DNA of 23,405 nucleotides from Verrucomicrobiota bacterium (GTDB lineage Bacteria > Verrucomicrobiota > Verrucomicrobiia > Limisphaerales > CANJSG01). The DNA lies in the NCBI GenBank assembly GCA_038209745.1, contig JBBQXJ010000076.1, forward strand, positions 1 through 23,405. Direction: 5' to 3'. The notes beneath the pieces are model-generated. The model did not search any database. It had not been told where the DNA came from and worked only from the letters and a program-made list of their open reading frames with translations. The position numbers and the translations under genes are program-made. Positions 16,072 to 23,405 of the stretch are shown piece by piece. Every line of letters starts with the position of its first letter. Position 1 is the first letter of the stretch.

Positions 16072-17285
16072 ACCTCGGCGGCCATCACGAACGTAGCCAC
16101 CAGCAGATCGACTGGCTGTTGTTGGCCGCCGTGTGCTGCCTGATGGTGATCGGCATCGCCTTCGTCTACAGCGCGTCCTTCGCCGACCCCTCGATGCACG
16201 CCCTGAGCTGGACCCGCCAGATCCATGTGAAACAGGCCCTTTGGTATGCCATCGGCGTCGTCGGCGCGATCGGGCTCTGCTTCATCGAATACCATACCTT
16301 GGCGCGCTGGTCGCTCCTGGCCTACTGGGGGGCGATCCTCCTGCTGATCGCCGTTCTGATCCCGGGCATCGGGAGCTCGCGCGGCTGGGGTTCGCAGAAC
16401 TGGATCGATCTAGGGCCCTTCTCGATGCAGCCGTCCGAGTTCGCCAAGGTCGCCTTCATCCTGATGCTGGGGAACTACCTCAGCCGACCGGTGGACGAGT
16501 TGAAGAACGGCCGTCTCTTCTGGAAGTCGATGGGACTGGCGGCGCTGCCCTTCGGCCTGATCATGCTCGAGCCCGACCTCGGCTCGGCCCTCGTGTTCTT
16601 CCCCGCCGCCTGGCTGATGATGTTCGTCGCCGGCGTCCCCGCGAAATACCTCTTCCGCCTCGTCGGCGGGGGCGGAACCCTGATCGCGCTCCTCGTGGTC
16701 AACACCGTCTTCATGCCCGCCAGCTGGCATGTCATCAAGGTGCCGCAGTATCAACGGGCCCGACTGCTGACCTACTTCGGACAGAATTTTGCTCCGGCGG
16801 ACGCCACGCCGCAGGAGCAAGCCCGCGCCCGGCTGACGCAGCGCGCCCGTTCCTACAACGTCGATCAAGCATTGATCTCCGTGGGGTCGGGCGGGCTTTT
16901 CGGCAAGGGCTGGCGGCAGGGCACCCAGTATTCGCTGGGTTTTCTGCCGCGCTCAGTGGCCCACAACGACTTCATCTTCTCCATCATTGCCGAGGAGACG
17001 GGTTTCGTCGGGAGCGTCGCCGTGGTGGCGCTCTACACTGTGGTTTTGTTTTGCGGCCTCCGCACCGCCGGCCAGTCCCGGGATCGCCTTGGAAAAATCC
17101 TCGCCGTCGGTGTGGTCACGCTGCTCTTCGTCCACGTTTTCATCAACATCGGCATGAACATCCGGCTGGTGCCGGTCACAGGAATTCCTCTCCCGTTGCT
17201 GAGCTATGGCGGCTCCTCCGTCCTCTGCTCCCTGCTCGCGATCGGACTCCTCTTCAACGTCTACTACTACCGCAGATCCTATTGA
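16068..17285 (+). CDS. rodA: SEDS family peptidoglycan glycosyltransferase RodA
   Basis: QPSEFAK, EPDLGSAL, GSGGLFGKG, AHNDFIFS, PVTGIPLPLLSYGGSS; ATGA overlap with mrdA. Confidence 0.95.
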   Translation: MNLGGHHERSHQQIDWLLLAAVCCLMVIGIAFVYSASFADPSMHALSWTRQIHVKQALWYAIGVVGAIGLCFIEYHTLARWSLLAYWGAILLLIAVLIPGIGSSRGWGSQNWIDLGPFSMQPSEFAKVAFILMLGNYLSRPVDELKNGRLFWKSMGLAALPFGLIMLEPDLGSALVFFPAAWLMMFVAGVPAKYLFRLVGGGGTLIALLVVNTVFMPASWHVIKVPQYQRARLLTYFGQNFAPADATPQEQARARLTQRARSYNVDQALISVGSGGLFGKGWRQGTQYSLGFLPRSVAHNDFIFSIIAEETGFVGSVAVVALYTVVLFCGLRTAGQSRDRLGKILAVGVVTLLFVHVFINIGMNIRLVPVTGIPLPLLSYGGSSVLCSLLAIGLLFNVYYYRRSY

Positions 17286-17289
17286 TTTT

Positions 17290-19851
17290 ATGAATTCCAA
17301 CAGCTTTTCCCGCGGCTCTGGCCGTGCCAGCTTCAAGCCCTCCGGCGGCATGAAGAAAACCCCACCCGCTCCCGGCTCGGGCACCGGCTCCCTGCCCGCC
17401 TCCAAGCCCCTGTATCCTCCAATGACCGCATCGGGGTCGCTCTTGCCGATCTACCCGGTCATTTCTTCGACGCACGGATCGGACGCCCCCGCAGGGTCTT
17501 CCTCCAACGAATCCCGCGGTGAACGCGGTGAACGCGGTGAACGCGGTGAACGCGGTGAACGCGGTGAACGCAGCGAGGGCGGCGGTCGCCGCCGCCGTGG
17601 TGGTCGCAGTGGCCGAGGGGAACGCAGCGAACACAGCGGCGAGACCGGTTCGGCCACCGCTTCCGGTGCCGAAGGCGCGCCCGCCAGCAGCGGCGGAAAC
17701 CGACCTCCTCGTGAACGCGGCGATCGAGGTGGCCGAGGCAGGCGTCCCGCCCGCTCCGATCAACCCGCCGGAGAATCCATCCGCCCGGCCGAAGGCTCCT
17801 CCGGTCCGATCCAAGGAACTGGCGACGATACCGTCCGCCAAGACCGTCCCGCCGGAGAATCTTCTGCCCCAAGCGGCTCCGAGAGCGCCCAAGGCGAGGC
17901 CGGCCGACGCCGTCGCCGTGGTGGCCGAGGCCGCAGCCGTGGCGGTCGCGACGAAGGGGAACCCCGTCCGCCTCGCGGCGAACGCCCGGCCCGTCCGGGT
18001 CGCTCATCGCAATCCACCCGTTCCGAAGACCAGCGTCCCGCTTCGATCCTCGGACCCGACGGTGAACTGGCCGAAGACAACAACGTCGAGGAACTCGCCG
18101 ACGAGGCCGAATTCGAAGCCGCCATCGCCGAGGCCGAACAGGCCGCCCCGATCGATGAAGGTCCTTCGACCGACGCGGAGTTCGTCCCCGTGCCGGTGCA
18201 GGACCCGAAGCCCCAGGGCTTGGTCGAGAACATCCGCGCCGCCGCCAACCGGCTGGTGAAGAAGGTCCAGCAGATCATCGCCCCGCCCGAAAAGCGCACC
18301 CACAAGGAAGTGCTGATCAACTCCGAGTCGCTGGAGACCCGCGTGGCCGTTTCCGAGAACGGACGCCTTGAGGAGTTCACCATCGAGCGCACCACCGAAG
18401 AGCGCCTCGTCGGCAGCATCTTCAAGGGCAAGGTCCGCAATCTCGAAGAGGGCCTGAAGGCCGCCTTCGTCGACATCGGCTTCGAAAAGAACGCCTTCCT
18501 CCACTACTGGGACATCGTGCCGAACAACTTCGACAGCGGCATCGAAGTCGTCGAACGCGAGAACAAGGACAGCAAGAAAAAGGAAAAAATGGCCTTCACC
18601 CAGAAGGACGTTCCCCGCCTGTTCCCCCCCGGCAGCGATATCATCGTGCAGGTCACCAAGGGCCCGATCGGGACCAAGGGCCCGCGCGTCACCGGCAATC
18701 TCGTCATCCCGGGCCGCTACGTCGTCCTCCTGCCGAACTCCGACCAGAGCGGCATCTCGCGCAAGATCGAGAACCCCGAAGAACGTTCACGTCTGAAGAA
18801 GATCCTCCGCGAACTGGAGATCCCCGAAGGCATGGGCGTCATCATGCGCACCGCCGGCGAAGGCCAGAAGAAGAAGTATTTCGAGCTCGATATCGCCCTC
18901 CTCCTCGAGGAATGGCGCGCCGTGCAGGAACGCATCAAGGCCCAGCCCGCCGCCACCTGCGTCTTCCAGGAGCCCGACCTCATCACCCGCACCGTCCGCG
19001 ACTTCCTCACCGAGGACACCGAACGCATCGTCATCGACGATCCGAAATCCTTCGAACGCATGCGCGACCTCGTCCGCAAGGTCGACGCTTCCTCCGCCGA
19101 CAAGGTGAAGCACTACAACGAATCGCAGCCGCTCTTCGACCGCTTCGGCATCACCCGGCAGCTGGAGACGGCCTTCTCCCGCCAGGTCCACCTCAAGAGC
19201 GGCGGCTACCTCGTCGTCGACGAGACCGAAGCCCTCGTCGCCATCGACGTCAACACCGGCCGCCACAAGGGCAGCAAGGACCAGGACACCACGATCTATA
19301 AGGTGAACCTGGAAGCGGCCGAGGAAATCTGCCGCCAGCTCCGTCTCCGCAACATCGGCGGCCTCGTCGTGCTCGACTTCATCGACATGCGGGCCCGCAA
19401 GGACCAGCAGGCCGTCTACCAGCGCGTGAAGACCGGTCTCCGCCGCGACAAGGCCAAGACCCACATCCTCCCCATCTCGCCGCTCGGCCTCATGGAGATG
19501 ACCCGCCAGCGCCACAGCGAGAGCGTGCGCTCCTCCGTCTACGACGACTGCCCGTATTGCAAGGGCAAGGGCAAGGTGAAGAGCTCCCTCACCATGAGCG
19601 TCGAGATCCAGCGCAAGCTGGGCGAGATCCTCAAGAAACGCGCCCGCGACGAATCGGACTTCCAGCTCCGCATCGTCGTCCATCCCGTGGTCCTCGACCG
19701 TCTCCGCAAGGAAGACGAGAAGCTGCTCATTGAGATGGAGAAGAAGTATTTCGGGAAGCTCTCCTTCCGCGCCGACCCGGCCTTCCACGCCGAGGAGTTC
19801 AAGATCGTCAACGTGGTCAACAACGAAGAGCTCGCCTGCGGCGGCACCTAG
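17290..19851 (+). CDS. Rne/Rng family ribonuclease with long disordered N-terminal extension
   Basis: S1 domain (GSIFKGKV..AAFVDIG..KNAFLH), VQVTKGPIGTKGPRVT, ETEALVAIDVNTG, LRLRNIGGLVVLDFIDM, Zn-link CPYCKGKG. About 330 aa of low-complexity sequence precede the core. Start ATG 17290, 4 nt after the rodA stop. Confidence 0.93.
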   Translation: MNSNSFSRGSGRASFKPSGGMKKTPPAPGSGTGSLPASKPLYPPMTASGSLLPIYPVISSTHGSDAPAGSSSNESRGERGERGERGERGERGERSEGGGRRRRGGRSGRGERSEHSGETGSATASGAEGAPASSGGNRPPRERGDRGGRGRRPARSDQPAGESIRPAEGSSGPIQGTGDDTVRQDRPAGESSAPSGSESAQGEAGRRRRRGGRGRSRGGRDEGEPRPPRGERPARPGRSSQSTRSEDQRPASILGPDGELAEDNNVEELADEAEFEAAIAEAEQAAPIDEGPSTDAEFVPVPVQDPKPQGLVENIRAAANRLVKKVQQIIAPPEKRTHKEVLINSESLETRVAVSENGRLEEFTIERTTEERLVGSIFKGKVRNLEEGLKAAFVDIGFEKNAFLHYWDIVPNNFDSGIEVVERENKDSKKKEKMAFTQKDVPRLFPPGSDIIVQVTKGPIGTKGPRVTGNLVIPGRYVVLLPNSDQSGISRKIENPEERSRLKKILRELEIPEGMGVIMRTAGEGQKKKYFELDIALLLEEWRAVQERIKAQPAATCVFQEPDLITRTVRDFLTEDTERIVIDDPKSFERMRDLVRKVDASSADKVKHYNESQPLFDRFGITRQLETAFSRQVHLKSGGYLVVDETEALVAIDVNTGRHKGSKDQDTTIYKVNLEAAEEICRQLRLRNIGGLVVLDFIDMRARKDQQAVYQRVKTGLRRDKAKTHILPISPLGLMEMTRQRHSESVRSSVYDDCPYCKGKGKVKSSLTMSVEIQRKLGEILKKRARDESDFQLRIVVHPVVLDRLRKEDEKLLIEMEKKYFGKLSFRADPAFHAEEFKIVNVVNNEELACGGT
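17515..17571 (+). repeat. Perfect 9-bp tandem repeat (CGCGGTGAA)x6 + CGC encoding (RGE)6
   Basis: Read directly from the sequence, inside the RNase E/G N-terminal extension. Confidence 0.95.
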
Positions 19852-19874
19852 ACCGGATCGACATTTCCGACACG

Positions 19875-19906
19875 AAGGGGCAGGCAAACATGGCCTGCCC
19901 CTTTTT
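19875..19906 (+). terminator. Rho-independent terminator of the mre-rodA-rne operon
   Basis: AAGGGGCAGGC-AAACATG-GCCTGCCCC-TTTTT, about 24 nt after the rne stop. Confidence 0.85.
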
Positions 19907-19963
19907 CGTGAGCCTGCCGCTCGTAACGTCTCGACGACCGTCGGCAACGATCCGCCGTCACCC

Positions 19964-20527
19964 TCAGGCCAGCACCAAGCGGCGCTGGGCGGCATCCAGT
20001 TCGATCCACTTTCCCGCCGGCAGCTCTCCCAGCTCAAACTGTCCGATCCGCATCCGCAGCAAGCGCAGGGTCGGATGTCCGACGGCCGCCGTCATGCGGC
20101 GGACCTGTCGGTTCTTCCCTTCGATGAGCTCGAGCGCGATCCAGCAGTCGGGCACGCTTTTCCGAAAGCGGATGGGCGGATCACGAGGCGGAACATCCGG
20201 CTGGGGATCGAGCCTCCAGGCATTCCCGGGAAGCGTCTCGTAGCCTTGGATGACCACCCCTCGGGCGAGTCGTTGGAGCGCCTCCTCCGAGGGGACTCGC
20301 TCCACCTGCGCCCAGTAGCGGCGTTCGTGGCCACGCGTGGGATGGAGCAAGCGGGTGTTGAGTCCCGGTTCATCCGTGAGCAGCAGCAATCCCTCGGAGT
20401 CCGCGTCGAGCCGACCGATGGCGTAGACGTCCTTTGGAAAACCAAACTCGGCCATCGTCCGGTTGGGCGAACCGTCGGACGTGAACTGCGAGAGGACGCC
20501 GTAGGGTTTGTGAAAGGCGATCAGCAC
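19964..20527 (-). CDS. rluE: rRNA pseudouridine synthase, RsuA/RluE family (no S4 domain)
   Basis: FHKPYGVLSQF, IGRLDADSEGLLLLTD, RDPPIRFRK, EGKNRQVRRMTAAVGHPTLRLLR match RluE-like enzymes. GTG start. Confidence 0.85.
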   Translation of the reverse strand: MLIAFHKPYGVLSQFTSDGSPNRTMAEFGFPKDVYAIGRLDADSEGLLLLTDEPGLNTRLLHPTRGHERRYWAQVERVPSEEALQRLARGVVIQGYETLPGNAWRLDPQPDVPPRDPPIRFRKSVPDCWIALELIEGKNRQVRRMTAAVGHPTLRLLRMRIGQFELGELPAGKWIELDAAQRRLVLA

Positions 20528-20539
20528 GGGAAGTCCAGG

Positions 20540-22231
20540 TCACGAGATCCTCAACCAACAGGTCTTCAAATAGGCGGGCTGCTCCCGCGTGATGGGAAAG
20601 TCGGGCGGCTGGGGCACGTAATGCTCGGCCAAGATACGACGCCGAGATCCCGCCACTGCCTGGCGCACCGAAGCAAGACACTCTTCGGCGGGCCAATTGG
20701 CGGCGTTCGACGAGGCGAGCAGAACTCCTCCGGTCTCCAACACGCCCAACGCATCGGTCACGAGCTTTCCGAAATCCTTCTGCACCCGGAAGACGCCCGA
20801 CTGTTTGGATTGCGAAAAAGTCGGCGGATCGAGAATCACGGCGTGGTAGCGGCGACCCTTCTTCGCGAGACGCCGGATCCAATCGAAGCAGTCGCCGAAG
20901 ATGAAGTCATGCGCGGCGGGATCGAGACCATTGGCGGTGAAGTTGTCGCGACCCCAGTCGAGATACTTTTTCGACAGATCGAGGCTGGTCACGCGGGCTC
21001 CACCGAGCGCGGCAGCAACCGAGAATCCGCAGGTGTAGGCGAAGGTGTTGAGCACTTCGGGGCGCTCGGGCTGCTCGGGCTGCTCGGGCTGCTCGGGCGT
21101 TTCGGCGTTGGTTGTGGGTTGTGGATTGTGGGTTGTTTCAGAAACGTCCAACAACGAACGCCCAACGCTGGACGCCGAAAACAATGCGCCGCCGAAACCG
21201 GCCGCGATGCAGTGCGTCATCCACCGCCTTCGGTTGTCGCGCTGGTCGAGGAACAATCCCACGGAGTAGCCCTCACCGAAGCCGAGCAGATACTTCGCTG
21301 CGTTCTCGCGGATCTCGAACCTCTCCGGGGCGGCGGATCCGAAGAGGAGTTGCGGCGAAGCAGCGGCGGTGTCGGTCTCGCGGATCTTGGCGTTCCAGCG
21401 CTTGTGGTAGACCCCGCGACTGCCGAAGCGCGCGGCGATGCATTCAAGTTCGCTTCGCTGCGCCGGAGTGGGATCGGCCTCGCCCTGCGAGAGCAGCCAC
21501 GGCCCGAGCTTCTCCACGAACCAGCCCGGCCACCCGTCGGCCGCGCCATGGACCAAGCGGAAGGCGTCGGTTTCTTCAGGATCGATGCCGGCCTCGCGCA
21601 ACGCCAGCCGCGCCGGGGCGGTGAAGTCTTCCGCGCGCTCGAAGGCGACGGTCTCGCGGGTGGCGGGATGATGGAAGGAAAGCGCCGCGGCGTGGAGGCA
21701 GACGCGGTCGAACGCCGATCCGCCATAGAGCGTGTCCCCGAGAATGGGGAAGCCGGCTTCGGCGGCGTGGACGCGGATCTGGTGGGTGCGGCCCGTATGG
21801 GGAAAGGCGTCGACGACCGTGCGCCCGCCTTCACGCGACACGACCCGGAAGAGCGTCTCGGCGTCTTCGCCCGTCAGTTTCGAGCTGGCGTAGCGGTCGC
21901 CCACTCGATGGATCTTCGAGCGGATGAGCCGCTCGTCGAAGGGCACCGCACGGTCGGTCCAGAGGCGGTAGCGCTTGCCGACGGCGCGGGCGGTGAATTG
22001 TTCGGTGAGCGAGCGGTTGGCCAAGGGCGTCTTGCCGAAGACGAGGAGACCGGAGGTTTCCTTGTCGAGGCGATGGAGAATGGCGAGATCGGCCCAGCGA
22101 GGCTCGCGGTGCTTCAGCCATTCGTAGAGACCCTCGCCGGCGTGGGGCGCGGGCGCGTGGGTGTTCCAGCCGGCGGGCTTGGCCACCACCAGCAGGTCGG
22201 CGTCTTCGTGGACGATCAGGGGAAGCGGCAT
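20540..22231 (-). CDS. Fusion protein: RluA-family pseudouridine synthase (N-terminal) + RlmK/RlmI-like class I SAM rRNA methyltransferase (C-terminal)
   Basis: N-half: KPAGW, HRLDKETSG, TGRTHQIRVH, PILGDTLYG, LHAAALSFHHP. C-half: GLFLDQRDNR, VLNTFAYTCGFSVAAALGGA, DLSKKYLDWG, ILDPPTFS. One uninterrupted frame from ATG 22231. Confidence 0.9.
   Translation of the reverse strand: MPLPLIVHEDADLLVVAKPAGWNTHAPAPHAGEGLYEWLKHREPRWADLAILHRLDKETSGLLVFGKTPLANRSLTEQFTARAVGKRYRLWTDRAVPFDERLIRSKIHRVGDRYASSKLTGEDAETLFRVVSREGGRTVVDAFPHTGRTHQIRVHAAEAGFPILGDTLYGGSAFDRVCLHAAALSFHHPATRETVAFERAEDFTAPARLALREAGIDPEETDAFRLVHGAADGWPGWFVEKLGPWLLSQGEADPTPAQRSELECIAARFGSRGVYHKRWNAKIRETDTAAASPQLLFGSAAPERFEIRENAAKYLLGFGEGYSVGLFLDQRDNRRRWMTHCIAAGFGGALFSASSVGRSLLDVSETTHNPQPTTNAETPEQPEQPEQPERPEVLNTFAYTCGFSVAAALGGARVTSLDLSKKYLDWGRDNFTANGLDPAAHDFIFGDCFDWIRRLAKKGRRYHAVILDPPTFSQSKQSGVFRVQKDFGKLVTDALGVLETGGVLLASSNAANWPAEECLASVRQAVAGSRRRILAEHYVPQPPDFPITREQPAYLKTCWLRIS
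21064..21098 (-). repeat. 9-bp tandem repeat, ~3.9 copies, encoding (PEQ)n
   Basis: + strand GCTCGGGCT x3 + GCTCGGGC; protein TPEQPEQPEQPERPE. Confidence 0.9.
21100..21180. repeat. 81-bp imperfect palindrome built from heptamer repeats, in frame inside the methyltransferase domain
   Basis: Terminal inverted repeat TTTCGGCGT (21100-21108) / ACGCCGAAA (21172-21180). Central GTTTC-A-GAAAC is on the same axis (21140). Left arm (G/A)TTGTGG x3-4; right arm AACGTCC-AACAACG-AACGCCC-AACGCTG. Confidence 0.75.
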
Positions 22232-22340
22232 TGATCCGAAGCAGCTATGGAAAGACCTTTGATTCGAGCGGGTCGAACGCATGAAGCCCAACGTCGGACA
22301 TTGAACCCATGCGGCCTGGCAACTATGTGGGACCTTGCTC

Positions 22341-23057
22341 TCACCAGAACTGCCAAGCCCCCTTCCACACGACCCAGATGGCCAGCAGGAAGTTCGTGAT
22401 GGCGTGCGCGGCGATGGCGTCGCCGTAGCGGCCTTTGCGCAGCACCAGTCCCTGGTAGGCGAAGCCGCAGAGGATCGCCGCGAGCCACTGGAAATGGGTG
22501 AAGGCGAAGACGCCCGTGGTCAGGAAGAAGGCGAGCTTGCTCCACATCCGCGGGGAGACGGAGAGGAAGTCCGTCTTGATGATGTAGCGGTAGACGAACG
22601 ACCGATAGAACACCTCCTCCAACGGCGGCACCACGATGGCGGAGCCAAGCGTGCGGACCACGACGAAGAACCAGGCCATCAAGGAGCCGGCGCCGAACTG
22701 GGCGAACGGGTTCCACGGAAGCTCGGGTGTCTCAGGCGGCTTGGGCGCGGGCAGGAAGCCGAGCTTGTGCATGAACTCGCCGAACGGCGGATAGAGCGGA
22801 TCGATGCCCACCCACATCACGCAGACGCCGATGCCCACGACCCACGCCTCCCAGGAGAAGTTCCATTCGACTTCTTTGACCATGCCGATCATGTCGTAGA
22901 CCAGCCAAGCACCGAGGATCGTCTTGGCGAAGTAGACCCAATAGCGGCCGGCCTCGCCGAACTGTCCCTGGAAGCTGGTCAGCACGAGGAACACGATGAA
23001 CGGCACAATCCGTAGGTAGATCTTGTCCGAGCGGATATTGGGCGGCAGCAGGTGCAT
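22341..23057 (-). CDS. CPBP/Abi family intramembrane protease (CAAX prenyl protease-related protein)
   Basis: PPLEEVFYRSF (EExxxR), FAFTH (FxxxH), AAHAITN (HxxxN), multiple TM segments. Confidence 0.88.
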   Translation of the reverse strand: MHLLPPNIRSDKIYLRIVPFIVFLVLTSFQGQFGEAGRYWVYFAKTILGAWLVYDMIGMVKEVEWNFSWEAWVVGIGVCVMWVGIDPLYPPFGEFMHKLGFLPAPKPPETPELPWNPFAQFGAGSLMAWFFVVVRTLGSAIVVPPLEEVFYRSFVYRYIIKTDFLSVSPRMWSKLAFFLTTGVFAFTHFQWLAAILCGFAYQGLVLRKGRYGDAIAAHAITNFLLAIWVVWKGAWQFW

Positions 23058-23141
23058 GAGCGGGCGAAGAATCCCGGAGAGGACGCCGTGAGGTCAACGC
23101 CAGAGGCCGCATTCGGAAGGCGCTTCCCGGTCAATCCAAGA

Positions 23142-23405
23142 GGTTCCTCGCTGTTTTCAATGGGAAGCGGGCGGGAGCGTGGCAGGCAGGAGGGATGACA
23201 CCTGAGCAATTGTTTCACGAACTTCACGGTTTGGGCCGGCACTGGCGGGTGACGCGCTGCGAGTATGCGCCGAAGGACGGCACCGCGTGGGACGAGCTGG
23301 ATGGCGTGGTGCGGTTGTGGATCAAGGAGACGCCCGAGCGGTGGAGTGGGGAGAGCATCGCGGCCGGCGAGGCGGCGTGGCCCAAGGTGGATTGGAACGG
23401 AGTGG
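23142..23405 (+). mobile_element. Probable ISL3-family insertion sequence left end (truncated by the window edge)
   Basis: GGTTCCTCGCTGTTTT at 23142 resembles ISL3 termini (GG(C/T)TC..), followed by an RBS and a transposase-like ORF. Recognition is from memory of the family. Confidence 0.6.
23195..23405 (+). CDS. ISL3-like transposase N-terminal fragment (partial, possibly internally deleted)
   Basis: AGGAGGG then ATG 23195: MTPEQLFHELHGLGRHWRVTRCEYAPKDGTAWDELDGVVRLWIKETPERWSGESIAAGEAAWPKVDWNGV, open to the edge. The LF...LGL...W.V pattern is typical of ISL3 transposase N-termini. Confidence 0.6.
   Translation, partial: MTPEQLFHELHGLGRHWRVTRCEYAPKDGTAWDELDGVVRLWIKETPERWSGESIAAGEAAWPKVDWNGV

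Noticed and set aside
17515..17571. Tandem repeats as a possible CRISPR array (also 21064-21180)
   Set aside because: Units are 7-9 bp with no unique spacers, lie inside coding frames, and no cas genes are present.
22979..23242. 87-aa minus-strand ORF upstream of the CPBP gene
   Set aside because: It spans the putative IS end and is antisense to the RBS-preceded transposase-like ORF.

Overview
High-GC bacterial chromosomal window. Gene content and style suggest Verrucomicrobiota/PVC (inference). Most of it is housekeeping: gnd, a conserved hypothetical, lpxI, a DUF4097-like beta-solenoid lipoprotein, a VOC protein, a small basic protein, mnmA, metF, the mreB-mreC-mreD-mrdA(PBP2)-rodA-RNase E/G operon, an RluE-like pseudouridine synthase, an RluA-type pseudouridine synthase fused to an RlmK/RlmI-like methyltransferase, and a CPBP (CAAX-protease-like) protein. 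The best candidate for an undescribed system is a lower-GC ~3.3 kb cassette (7219-10515) between the convergent mnmA and metF genes. It has two convergent, divergent-in-sequence O-antigen-ligase/O-OTase-like membrane proteins flanking an 86-aa exported, Thr/Asn-rich two-Cys protein, and is bounded by an 8-bp direct repeat. It may be a dedicated protein-glycosylation module (inference only). Other points: an in-frame 81-bp heptamer-built palindrome inside the methyltransferase gene, a degenerate prepilin motif at the left edge, four GTNAC half-sites between the basic protein gene and mnmA, an RGE-repeat disordered N-terminal extension on RNase E/G, and a probable, possibly internally deleted, ISL3 element at the right edge. 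All family calls come from motif recognition by eye; no database searches were run. No rRNA, tRNA or CRISPR array was seen.
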